Positions 1 through 8,116 are shown, counted from the first letter of the stretch. The stretch: DNA of 64,000 nt from Candidatus Uhrbacteria bacterium RIFCSPHIGHO2_12_FULL_60_25 (GCA_001791275.1 MGEH01000024.1:11097-75096), one strand, 5' to 3'. Numbers and translations: made by a program. Notes: generated by a model not told the origin, from the letters alone.

Positions 1-43
1 CGGTCTCGGGCGGAGCGACGCAGCTGATGTGGATGACTTTCAT
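1..43 (-). CDS. 5' end of a gene running off the left edge (possible glycosyltransferase N-terminus)
   Basis: Reverse complement of 1-43 reads ATG AAA GTC ATC CAC ATC AGC TGC GTC GCT CCG CCC GAG ACC (MKVIHISCVAPPET) and is open to the edge. Only 14 codons are visible, so the GT4-like call is a guess. Confidence 0.25.
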   Translation of the reverse strand, partial: MKVIHISCVAPPET

Positions 44-55
44 AGCATGCACGAC

Positions 56-154
56 CCCCGTGTACGGGCGCGAGCCTGCCCCGAGCGTAGCCGAGGGGTG
101 CGCCCCGTCGTTGTGCCTATGCGCTCGGGGCGCACGCAGTGCGCCCGTACGGGG
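56..154. repeat. GC-rich nested palindrome (REP-like element or transcription stop) downstream of the GT2 gene
   Basis: 56-71 CCCCGTGTACGGGCGC pairs with 141-154 GCGCCCGTACGGGG. 79-87 CCCCGAGCG pairs with 122-130 CGCTCGGGG. 98-106 GTGCGCCCC pairs with 127-135 GGGGCGCAC. Confidence 0.5.
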
Positions 155-176
155 ACGCGAATGATCGCCATCACAT

Positions 177-1346
177 TTACCATACAACGATAAATTTCAG
201 CACTGCGAAATACGTCTCCATCAACGGATTCGCGACCTTCCGCATGAACGGACTCTCCACGTCCTGATACGCGATTGCAGACACGAACCGTTTTAAGATC
301 TCGCGGTCCGAGCGTTTACGCAGGCTCCGCGTCTTGCGTCTCGTCGAGACAATGTAGCGCCACGTGGACGGCTTGAAGAACCAGGCCGTGGCGCGGCCCT
401 TCTCCTTGATCCAGCCGCCCTTGATCGCAAAGAGCCACGTGGCGATTTCAATCACGAACATCGCGGGCAACGTCAGAATGATTGTCCCGAGGCGATAATT
501 CATCAGAAAGACGGCCCAGCGGTTTCGCTCCATCCAGTACCACTTCTTCACCGAGCGTGAAAATTCGTAGCGGTGACGCAGGGTGCTCTTGGGCGCGAGC
601 AGGTTGTCGTGCCCCGCGATCATCATGCGCCAGCCCAGATCCAGGTCTTCGTGGTACGCGAAAAGCGTCTCGTCGAGCAGGCCGACCTCGCGGAGGACCG
701 AGTTGCGATAGAGGACGCCGGCACCGGACGCGTACGCGATCGGTTGGACGTCTCCCGGCGCTTCTGACACGGGTTGTTTGTACCCACGGCAGTAGCCGAA
801 CGCGGCGAAGTGGATGTCGTTCCCCGTGGAGTTGATCGTTGTCGGATCCTGCATGAGCACGAGGAGCGACTGGACAGAGCCCGCGTTCGGATGCGCTTCC
901 GCGACCGCGACCGCTTCGCGCAGCGACCCCTCTTCAAATGCCGCGTCGTGATTCAGAAGATAGCAGTAATCGGCCGTGGACGTCCGCATGACCAGATTGT
1001 TCCCTGCCGCGAAGCCCGTGTTCGACCCGGGTTCGTGCAACACGACCTTCGGCAGGTTTTCAGGAGGATTTGCGAGCACGGACTTCACGTAGTCCGCCGA
1101 CCCGTCGGACGACGCGTTGTCCACGATGTGGACCGTGAAGGCGTCGCGCGGGTAGTCCACGACGCACAACCCGCGCACGAGCTCTTCCAAATATGGCCGT
1201 GCGTTCCACGTGACCACGATGACGTCGACCACGGGAACCGGGAACCGGAAACCGGAAACCGGAAAATTGGAACAGGGTGGTGTTCCCCGTTCCCCGTTCC
1301 CGGTTCCCGGTTCCCGGTTCCCGGTTCCCTGTTCCCGGTCATTCAT
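177..1346 (-). CDS. Family 2 glycosyltransferase (GT-A fold) with hydrophobic C-terminal segments
   Basis: 389-aa ORF. VVDVIVVTWNARPYL...HIVDNASSDGS is a typical GT2 N-terminus. The first ~38 codons are encoded by the heptamer hairpin; an alternative GTG start lies at 1230-1232. Confidence 0.9.
   Translation of the reverse strand: MNDREQGTGNREPGTGNGERGTPPCSNFPVSGFRFPVPVVDVIVVTWNARPYLEELVRGLCVVDYPRDAFTVHIVDNASSDGSADYVKSVLANPPENLPKVVLHEPGSNTGFAAGNNLVMRTSTADYCYLLNHDAAFEEGSLREAVAVAEAHPNAGSVQSLLVLMQDPTTINSTGNDIHFAAFGYCRGYKQPVSEAPGDVQPIAYASGAGVLYRNSVLREVGLLDETLFAYHEDLDLGWRMMIAGHDNLLAPKSTLRHRYEFSRSVKKWYWMERNRWAVFLMNYRLGTIILTLPAMFVIEIATWLFAIKGGWIKEKGRATAWFFKPSTWRYIVSTRRKTRSLRKRSDREILKRFVSAIAYQDVESPFMRKVANPLMETYFAVLKFIVVW
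1233..1336. repeat. Inverted heptamer arrays (GGGAACC-type x6, spacer, GGTTCCC-type x8) forming a long hairpin
   Basis: Read directly. 1233-1274 = GGGAACC GGGAACC GGAAACC GGAAACC GGAAAAT TGGAACA. 1281-1336 = TGTTCCC CGTTCCC CGTTCCC GGTTCCC x4 TGTTCCC. Confidence 0.9.
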
Positions 1347-1683
1347 GTTTCTGTTCCGGAAGTTCTTTGAGCGCGTCCTTCCTCACCACGTCTGTCAAAC
1401 GACGCTCAACGCGATCAAGCGTCAAAAAAATCTTGAACACGAGGAAGAAAAGCGTGACGACCGACGCGTACAACACGAAGTCCACGCCGCGGCCAACGCC
1501 GAAGAAGTTCGCCACCGTCGTGGTGGTCTGCGGAAGGAGGATGATGACGCCAGCGATCACCCAGAGCACGCTCCAGCCGAGCGCCTCGCGCCACGAGATG
1601 ACACCCTGCGTGGCACGACGCCAGGTGACGTAGAGCGCTAATACGAGGCTTGAAATTAATACAATCTGTATGAGCATATTCAT
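1339..1683 (-). CDS. Small membrane protein, DUF2304-like (commonly partnered with GT2 genes)
   Basis: Real start is MNMLIQIVLISS at 1683, in an ATGA overlap with the upstream stop. About 114 aa with three hydrophobic segments. The longer 215-aa ORF is an upstream extension overlapping the GT2 gene. Confidence 0.75.
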   Translation of the reverse strand: MNMLIQIVLISSLVLALYVTWRRATQGVISWREALGWSVLWVIAGVIILLPQTTTTVANFFGVGRGVDFVLYASVVTLFFLVFKIFLTLDRVERRLTDVVRKDALKELPEQKHE

Positions 1684-2354
1684 CTTCCTCCAATAAGCAG
1701 TTGCCAGACAATTTTCAATGCATCTGCTGATCTTTGTCCTTTCGCGAGCGACTCGGACGTATAGCGGACGCGGATCGGGACTTCGAGCCAGCGCAGGCGC
1801 GATCGCGTCACGAGTCGAAGAATTTCCGAGCAGTGCGCCATGCGGTCCTGCCGGAAGTCGACGAGAAGCGCCGCCTCGCGCGTCATCGCGCGCATCCCGC
1901 TCTGCGGATCGGTCACGCGGCGAGGAATTCCCATCACGAGCGAGTTGAACGATCGCGCGGCCCGGAGCAAAACACGGCGCGACCACGGCATGTCGCTCGG
2001 CAGGAGACCGAGGAAGCGGGAGCCGAAGACGACGTCCGTCTTCCCCTCTTTGATCGGCTGGATGATGGACGGGATGAGCGAAGGGTCATGCTGTCCGTCC
2101 GCGTCCACGTGGACGATCACGTCCGCGCCAAGACGCAATGCCGCGTCCGTCCCGGTCCGGAGCGCCGCTCCCTGCCCGCGATTGATCGCGTGACGGATGA
2201 TCGTCGCGCCGGACTCGCGCGCGACCCCGGCGGTCTCGTCCGTTGACCCGTCGTCAACCACGATCACGCCGTCCACGAACGGCCGAACGCCAAAAAGCGT
2301 TCCGCCAATGCGCGAAGCCTCGTTATAGGCCGGAATGACCGCGTAGACCTTCAT
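1680..2354 (-). CDS. GT2 glycosyltransferase, DPM1/GtrB-like (polyprenyl-phosphate sugar synthase-like)
   Basis: 224 aa. VYAVIPAYNEASRIG...VVDDGSTDET...VDADGQHDP motifs. Confidence 0.9.
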   Translation of the reverse strand: MKVYAVIPAYNEASRIGGTLFGVRPFVDGVIVVDDGSTDETAGVARESGATIIRHAINRGQGAALRTGTDAALRLGADVIVHVDADGQHDPSLIPSIIQPIKEGKTDVVFGSRFLGLLPSDMPWSRRVLLRAARSFNSLVMGIPRRVTDPQSGMRAMTREAALLVDFRQDRMAHCSEILRLVTRSRLRWLEVPIRVRYTSESLAKGQRSADALKIVWQLLIGGR

Positions 2355-2386
2355 TGCAGGCTACGTTACGGGAAAACTCATTACAT

Positions 2387-2531
2387 GTCATCCCGACCGA
2401 GGCGCGTTCGACGCGCCGAGTGGAGGGACCCCTTTTCCGTACAAGCTGCGAGGCCATCAAACCTGAATATTTTTTACGGGAAAGGGGTCCCTCGACTCCG
2501 GGCCGTCTGACGGCCCTCCGCTCAGGATGAC
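2387..2531. repeat. MITE/REP-like composite palindrome with GTCATCC...GGATGAC termini
   Basis: The left end GTCATCCCGACCGAGG is inverted against the right end CCTCCGCTCAGGATGAC. GAGTGGAGGGACCCCTTTTCCGTA is inverted against TACGGGAAAGGGGTCCCTCGACTC. Each arm also holds a small internal hairpin (GGCGCG-TTCGA-CGCGCC and GGGCCG-TCTGA-CGGCCC). Confidence 0.55.
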
Positions 2532-2582
2532 TCTTTAAAAGTTACTTCGCTCGGGACACGAAAGTGCTACACTCCCTCCACT

Positions 2583-3221
2583 ATGCCGAACCACAAGCCT
2601 TACGCCTCGCTCGCCAAGCTCCCCACCTGCGCCATCATGGATCATATGCTCATCCAGCGCGTCGAGCATCCGGAAAAGGCGAAGCAGCTCGACGCGAAGA
2701 TCAGAAAGACGTTCGAAAAGACGGTGGCTATCATGGTGCTCGACATGAGCGGCTTCTCGCGGCTCGTGCAGCGCTACGGCATCATCCACTACCTCGCGAT
2801 GATCAGACGTATGCGACGGGTGGTCGCGCCGGCCATCGCGCGGAATCACGGCGTGGTGATCAAATTCGAGGCGGACAATTGCTTCGCCGTGTTCCCGAAA
2901 GCGGATGATGCGGTGCAGGCCAGCCGCGAGATCAAGCATGACCTGGACGTGGCGAACCTCGCGACGCCGGACGAGAGCGATATCTACGTGTGCATGGGGA
3001 TTGGCTATGGACCGACACTGCTCGCGTGCGACGACATGTATGGGAACGAAATGAACCTGGCGTCGAAACTCGGCGAGGATGTGGCGGAGAAAGGCGAAGT
3101 GTTCCTCACGGAAGCGGCGAAGAAAGCGTGCAAGAAAAAACACGACCTCGCTCTCGTCCCCCTCACCATCAGCGGCGTGACGATGAAGGCGTACAAACTG
3201 CGATTCACTCCTTCGGCTTGA
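2583..3221 (+). CDS. Stand-alone class III nucleotidyl (adenylate/guanylate) cyclase catalytic domain
   Basis: 212 aa. IMVLDMSGFSRL (metal Asp), KFEADNCFAVF (second Asp) and GNEMNLASKLGE (Asn present; the usual Arg position reads Lys). Alternative start at 2637. Confidence 0.7.
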   Translation: MPNHKPYASLAKLPTCAIMDHMLIQRVEHPEKAKQLDAKIRKTFEKTVAIMVLDMSGFSRLVQRYGIIHYLAMIRRMRRVVAPAIARNHGVVIKFEADNCFAVFPKADDAVQASREIKHDLDVANLATPDESDIYVCMGIGYGPTLLACDDMYGNEMNLASKLGEDVAEKGEVFLTEAAKKACKKKHDLALVPLTISGVTMKAYKLRFTPSA

Positions 3222-4233
3222 ACGCACCCAACAGTTTCTTGTTCGCGATCGTGTAATCAATCGCCTTTTTCAGACCGTCATCAATTGAAACAAGCGGCAG
3301 CCACGACAGTTTTTCTTTTGCCTTCTGGATCGAGGGAAGACCCAGCTGCGTCATGAAGAGGAGCGGCGGCTGGAAGGAGATGGTGGATTTTGACCCTGTC
3401 ATTTCAAGGATGCGCTGTGCCACTTCCACGAGCGGCATGTCCAGGTCCGATCCCAGGTTCACGGGCCCGATGTCGGCCGGTGCCTTCATGAGTTTCACGA
3501 GACCGTCCACCACGTCGTCCACGTAGACGAGCGACGTGCGGAACGTTTCGTCGCCGAAAATCTGGAGCGGCTTGCCGTCGAGTGCGTTCAGGATGAAGTC
3601 CGGAATCATGTGGCCGTCGAAGAGCGGCGTGCGCGGCCCGTACGTGCGGAAGATGCGCGCCACCTTCGTTTCGAGCTTGTGCACCTGGCCGTAGGTCGCC
3701 ACGACGGTTTCCGCGAACCGCTTGCCTTCGTCGTAACACGCGCGGGGCGACAACGTATTCGCCGTCCCCCACTCATCCTCCTGGAACGGCCGTCCGTCCG
3801 TAGGGCGCGGGCCGTAGACCACGGACGACCCGGTGAACAGGACTTTTGAGTTGTACTTCACGGCCGCGTCCATCACGTTCTTCGTGCCAATGGACATCGT
3901 GTAGAGCGTCTGCATCTTGTACTGGTCGAACTTCTTCGGGCTCGTGGGCGCGGCGAGGTGGTAGATCTCCTGGATCCCCTGGAACTTCAGCTTGAAGCGC
4001 GCGAGCTCCGGGAAGCTCTCGAGGTCGAACGGCACGTTGATGTCGTGCCGGATGAACTCGAAGTCGGGGTTCTTGAGCAGGAGATCAATGTTCGCCTCGG
4101 ACGAGGTCACGAAGTTGTCGATGCAGATCACCCGCGACTCCTTGAGCAATCGTTCGCACAGGTGGGACCCAATAAACCCCGCTCCACCTGTTACCAAAAT
4201 ATTCTTTTTATCAAAAACAACTTTGTCGGGCAT
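3205..4233 (-). CDS. Extended SDR, UDP-glucuronate decarboxylase (UDP-xylose synthase)-like, divergent copy
   Basis: 342 aa. [18 protein letters not shown] Rossmann motif and [11 protein letters not shown] catalytic YxxxK context. Carries an extra DLESFPELARFKLKFQG segment relative to the second copy at 59099-60028. Confidence 0.85.
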   Translation of the reverse strand: MPDKVVFDKKNILVTGGAGFIGSHLCERLLKESRVICIDNFVTSSEANIDLLLKNPDFEFIRHDINVPFDLESFPELARFKLKFQGIQEIYHLAAPTSPKKFDQYKMQTLYTMSIGTKNVMDAAVKYNSKVLFTGSSVVYGPRPTDGRPFQEDEWGTANTLSPRACYDEGKRFAETVVATYGQVHKLETKVARIFRTYGPRTPLFDGHMIPDFILNALDGKPLQIFGDETFRTSLVYVDDVVDGLVKLMKAPADIGPVNLGSDLDMPLVEVAQRILEMTGSKSTISFQPPLLFMTQLGLPSIQKAKEKLSWLPLVSIDDGLKKAIDYTIANKKLLGAFKPKE

Positions 4234-4267
4234 AGGATCCTAGTATAGCGCGCGACGGACGATGACG

Positions 4268-4714
4268 CTACGCCGCGTCATGCCTCGGATGGAACGTGTA
4301 CAACCGATGCGTGAAATAGCTAACGCCGGCCACGAGGAACGCGGAACCCACGAGGACGATGAAGTCGTAAATCTTCAACACTTCGTGCCCGATGTAAAAC
4401 AACGTCCCTGTCAATGCGGACCCTGCGACGACCACGCCGATGTATCTGGCGACCATGCGTGCATTGAATCCGCGCGCCTTGAACGTCCACGTCCGGTGCA
4501 TGGTGAAGTTGTACACGGCCGAGATCGTCACGGCGATCACGGATTCGAACGTTCGGTTCCCTTCCGTCCACAGAACGCGTGAGAGGAGTGCGTATACACC
4601 GGCATTGATTCCGAGCGATGTTCCCCCGACGACCCCGAACTTAAACAAATTCCACACCTCACTCCAAAGGAATTCCCACGTCACGTTTTTCTCTTTGAGA
4701 AATCTTCGAATCAT
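4268..4714 (-). CDS. GtrA-family small membrane protein (polyprenyl-P-sugar translocation family)
   Basis: Start taken at MIRRFLKEK (4714), because the upstream gene ends at 4740. FKFGVVGGTSLGINAGVYALL followed by four hydrophobic segments. Confidence 0.8.
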   Translation of the reverse strand: MIRRFLKEKNVTWEFLWSEVWNLFKFGVVGGTSLGINAGVYALLSRVLWTEGNRTFESVIAVTISAVYNFTMHRTWTFKARGFNARMVARYIGVVVAGSALTGTLFYIGHEVLKIYDFIVLVGSAFLVAGVSYFTHRLYTFHPRHDAA

Positions 4715-4739
4715 GGCGGAGAGTGTAGCAGGAAGACGT

Positions 4740-6599
4740 CTAACGCGGCCACTCGTCGTAGATGCGGAGGTTGGCGTCACCGGACGAACGCCCGGACGAC
4801 GTCACGGGCTTGGCCGCTTCCAGGTCCTTGAACGTGATGGCGGACCACCCGGTGGCGCCGAGTCGCGCGACGTCAAGGACACGGCTCCCGAGCGGCCCGC
4901 TCACCACGAGCGACGCCGGCCGTGACGGAGACGCAGGGAGCCGCGCGAGCGACCAGCGTCCGCGCGCGGACGTGCCGAACGGGAACGCGGAGACGAGCCG
5001 CCGTCCCTTCACGTCCGTCACCATGAGGTGCCCTCCCCCGCCGCGAGGGGCGAACGCGGCGGCGCCGGAGACGGACAAGAGATCGAGTCCCGTGCGATAT
5101 GCGTTTCCGTACGGTCTGAACAGCGTAGCCGTCCCGTCATGCAGAACGCCCCATGCGCGCCCGCCGCTCTGATCGGCGATGACGACGCCTCCTGTAACCG
5201 CCGTGATGAGCGCGCCGTTCACCAGGTCACGGACAATGGTTGACCGACGACGCTCGCGGCCGTCCAGTGTGTAGACCACATACGTCAGCTCGCGGCCGGA
5301 CGCAGGGACGACGACGATTTCGGGACTCCCGTCCGCATCAGTGTCTGAAAAGACGGCGCGCGCCCCGCGTCGATCCGTGGCGCCGTACGGCTGGAGTTCA
5401 AGCACGCTCGTTCCGCTCGAGATGCGAACGCGCGTGGGCCGCCCGGGCACGGTCGCGCCGACGGCATACGTCGCAACCGTACTCGTGGACACGTCCGCGA
5501 GTGCGAGCGCCGCATCGATCCGGCCCTGACCGAGCTTCCCCTGGTACGCGGCAAGCTGCATTCCTTCGATGGGAATCGCGGTCGACATGATTCGCGCCTT
5601 GAGTTCATCCGCCCGCCAAAGCGGATGGACGGACTTCAGGAGCGCGGCCGTGCCAGCAACGAGCGGCGCGGCGAGTGACGTGCCGCTGAAGTCGCCTTCG
5701 TACCCGATACGGGCCGCTGATGACGTCGACGTGAGCGAGACGGGTCGCGCACCGAACAAGTCGTACGACGGCGCGAGCACGTTTACGCACGAACCGTAGT
5801 TCGAGTAGAGGGCCTTCTGGTCGAGCGTGTCCGTCCCGCCCACGGCGATGACTCCGTACGACGGATCCCGGCTCAAACAGGCGGGGTAGACGCGTAGGAC
5901 GTCGAGATCAATCCCCAGCGGGTCTTCCGGAGCGTTGCCGGTTGCGGCGACGGTGAGTACGCCTTTCGACCTTGCGAATGCGAGCGCATCGGAGAGGTCG
6001 GCGGAATCCGTATATCCTTCGAGACTCAAGTTGATGATGTGCGCGCCGTTCTCCACGGCGTACCGGATGCCTTCCGCCACGTCGGACGACGACCCGCCGC
6101 CGGTTTCATCCAACGCCACGACCGGCATGATCTTCACGCGCCAGTTCACGCCCGTGACCCCGATGCCGTTATTCCCGCGCGCGCCGATGAGCGACGCCAC
6201 GAGCGTGCCGTGGACGTATCCCGCTTCCGTTGATCCGTCTTCTTTCGGCCGGACGTCGCCGGTCTTCGTCAAAAAATTCCATCCGTGCACGTCGTCCGCG
6301 AACCCGTTCCGATCATCGTCGACGCTGTTCCCAGGAATCTCGCGCGTGTTCGTCCAGATGTTTTCGCGCAGATCTTCGTGGTCGATCGCGACGCCCGTAT
6401 CAATCACCGCGACCACGACCTGATCCGACCCGGTCGTTTTCTCCCACGCGGCCTCCGCCCCGATCTGACGCAGGTACCACTGCTTCGTATAGAGCGGGTC
6501 GTTCGGCACGCGTGCCTGGGCGACTGGAACAACGGCTCCGAAGAAGAGCGCGATCATCACCAAAACGCTTCGATGTTTCAGACCGCCATAGTCTAGCAT
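4740..6599 (-). CDS. Secreted subtilisin-like (S8) serine protease with a C-terminal FG-GAP/beta-propeller-like region
   Basis: 619 aa. Signal-like N-terminus VLVMIALFFGAVVPVAQA. Catalytic triad contexts VAVIDTGV (Asp), HGTLVASLIG (His) and GTSLAAPLVAG (Ser). The C-terminus contains DTDADGSPEIVV-type repeats. Confidence 0.9.
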   Translation of the reverse strand: MLDYGGLKHRSVLVMIALFFGAVVPVAQARVPNDPLYTKQWYLRQIGAEAAWEKTTGSDQVVVAVIDTGVAIDHEDLRENIWTNTREIPGNSVDDDRNGFADDVHGWNFLTKTGDVRPKEDGSTEAGYVHGTLVASLIGARGNNGIGVTGVNWRVKIMPVVALDETGGGSSSDVAEGIRYAVENGAHIINLSLEGYTDSADLSDALAFARSKGVLTVAATGNAPEDPLGIDLDVLRVYPACLSRDPSYGVIAVGGTDTLDQKALYSNYGSCVNVLAPSYDLFGARPVSLTSTSSAARIGYEGDFSGTSLAAPLVAGTAALLKSVHPLWRADELKARIMSTAIPIEGMQLAAYQGKLGQGRIDAALALADVSTSTVATYAVGATVPGRPTRVRISSGTSVLELQPYGATDRRGARAVFSDTDADGSPEIVVVPASGRELTYVVYTLDGRERRRSTIVRDLVNGALITAVTGGVVIADQSGGRAWGVLHDGTATLFRPYGNAYRTGLDLLSVSGAAAFAPRGGGGHLMVTDVKGRRLVSAFPFGTSARGRWSLARLPASPSRPASLVVSGPLGSRVLDVARLGATGWSAITFKDLEAAKPVTSSGRSSGDANLRIYDEWPR

Positions 6600-6602
6600 A
6601 AA

Positions 6603-6663
6603 AATTTCTAATTTCTAATTTCTATAATAGAGTTTAGAAATTAGTCATTAGAAATTAGAAATT
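6603..6663. promoter_or_regulatory. AT-rich palindrome of heptamer arrays (TTTCTAA x3 / TTAGAAA x4) in a divergent promoter region
   Basis: 6605-6625 = TTTCTAA TTTCTAA TTTCTAT. 6634-6661 = TTAGAAA TTAGTCA TTAGAAA TTAGAAA. Lies between the divergent starts at 6599 (-) and 6717 (+). Confidence 0.5.
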
Positions 6664-6716
6664 CAACGCATCCTGACTCTTGCCAACATCGTCGCGTCCC
6701 CGTACCCTGCTCCCGC

Positions 6717-8096
6717 ATGTATAAGACCGCGTTGAACCTGAAACGACTTCTCTTGATCGGCGGAGACGTACTCGCGTTGCAAGCGTCGCTCCTTGCGACC
6801 CTCTGGCTTCGGTACGGCAAATTCGAAACGCTCGTCTGGCAGCAGCACCGCGTTCCGTTCTTCTACGTCACGGGTCTCTGGGTCGTGGGACTGTTCGTGG
6901 CCGGACTCTATGACCTGTCGAAAGCTCGAAACGGCCTCGCGTTTTTCCGCCTGTTCCTCGAAGGCATGATCGTGAACCTGCTCGTGGCGTTCGCGTTCTT
7001 CTATCTCATCCCCGTGTTCGGCATCGAGCCGCGCACGAACCTGCTCCTCTACTTCGCCATCTCGCTCCTCTTCGTGTACGTGTGGCGCCTGCTCTATAAC
7101 CGGTACGTCTCCCGCGGACTCTTCCGGAACCGCCTGCTCTTCATCGGCTCGTCCGAAGACGCCCTCGTGATCTGTGAGATGCTGAAAAACCGGCCGCTCG
7201 GCTTCCAGGTGTGCGCCGTGATCCACACGACGCCGCGCGCGTCGTACGCCGCTGACGGGCTTCGGTGGGACGATCGTCTGTCCGCGCTTGAGGACATGCT
7301 TGCCAGGGAACGGATCAGTTCCATCGTCCTGGGTCACAGTCTGGAGGCGCTCCCGGAGCTCCGTGACGCCCTGTACCGGACGCTGTTCACGTCGACGGCG
7401 ATCATCGACCGCAAGGAACTCGAAGAGACGCTGACCGGCCGCGTGCCTGTGGCGAGCGTCACGAAGGCGTGGTTTTTGGAAAACCTCCGCGAGTCGGAAA
7501 AGACCTGGTACGAGGCCGTGAAGCGCGCAATCGACGTGCTGCTCGCCATCCCGTTCGGACTCGTGACGCTCGCGATCACGCCGCTCGTCGCGCTTGCCAT
7601 CAAACTTTCGTCGCGCGGACCCGTATTCTATTCCCAGGTTCGCGTTGGGAAGGGCGGACAGCTCATCCGGATCTGGAAATTCCGCACCATGCATGCGGAC
7701 GCGGAAAAGGACGGTCCGACGTTTACGGCGTCCGCAAAGACGGACGCGCGCCTGTTCTGGACCGGGCGGATCATGCGTCAGTTGCGAATCGACGAACTGC
7801 CACAGGTGTGGAACGTCTTGAAGGGCGACTTGTCGTTCATCGGGCCCCGTCCGGAGCGCCCGGAATTCGTGGGGTCGCTCGTGGAACGCATGCCGTACTA
7901 CGCGCTCCGTCATCTCACGCGACCCGGCTTGACCGGGTGGGCGCAGATCCAGTTATTGACTCCCACGACGAGCCTGGAGGACAACCTGAAGAAACTCCAG
8001 TACGACCTGTACTACATCAAGCACCGGTCGCTCATCCTCGACCTCGCGATCCTGCTCAAAACCATCGGGATTGTGCTTCGGAGGCAAGGGACGTAG
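6717..8096 (+). CDS. Polyprenyl-phosphate glycosyl-1-phosphate transferase (WbaP/EpsB-type bacterial sugar transferase), initiating enzyme
   Basis: 459 aa. N-terminal TM segments followed by KRAIDVLLAIP...SRGPVFYSQVRVGKGG...FRTM...DELPQVWNVLKGDLSFIGPRPERPEF. Confidence 0.93.
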   Translation: MYKTALNLKRLLLIGGDVLALQASLLATLWLRYGKFETLVWQQHRVPFFYVTGLWVVGLFVAGLYDLSKARNGLAFFRLFLEGMIVNLLVAFAFFYLIPVFGIEPRTNLLLYFAISLLFVYVWRLLYNRYVSRGLFRNRLLFIGSSEDALVICEMLKNRPLGFQVCAVIHTTPRASYAADGLRWDDRLSALEDMLARERISSIVLGHSLEALPELRDALYRTLFTSTAIIDRKELEETLTGRVPVASVTKAWFLENLRESEKTWYEAVKRAIDVLLAIPFGLVTLAITPLVALAIKLSSRGPVFYSQVRVGKGGQLIRIWKFRTMHADAEKDGPTFTASAKTDARLFWTGRIMRQLRIDELPQVWNVLKGDLSFIGPRPERPEFVGSLVERMPYYALRHLTRPGLTGWAQIQLLTPTTSLEDNLKKLQYDLYYIKHRSLILDLAILLKTIGIVLRRQGT

Positions 8097-8116
8097 AGGC
8101 ATGGCGCGACATGCCC

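Noticed and set aside
6663-7913. 416-aa ORF antisense to the sugar-transferase gene.
   Set aside because: The translation is Arg/Glu/His-rich and low in complexity, with no recognisable motif. It lies fully inside a motif-supported gene on the other strand. This is a typical high-GC shadow ORF.
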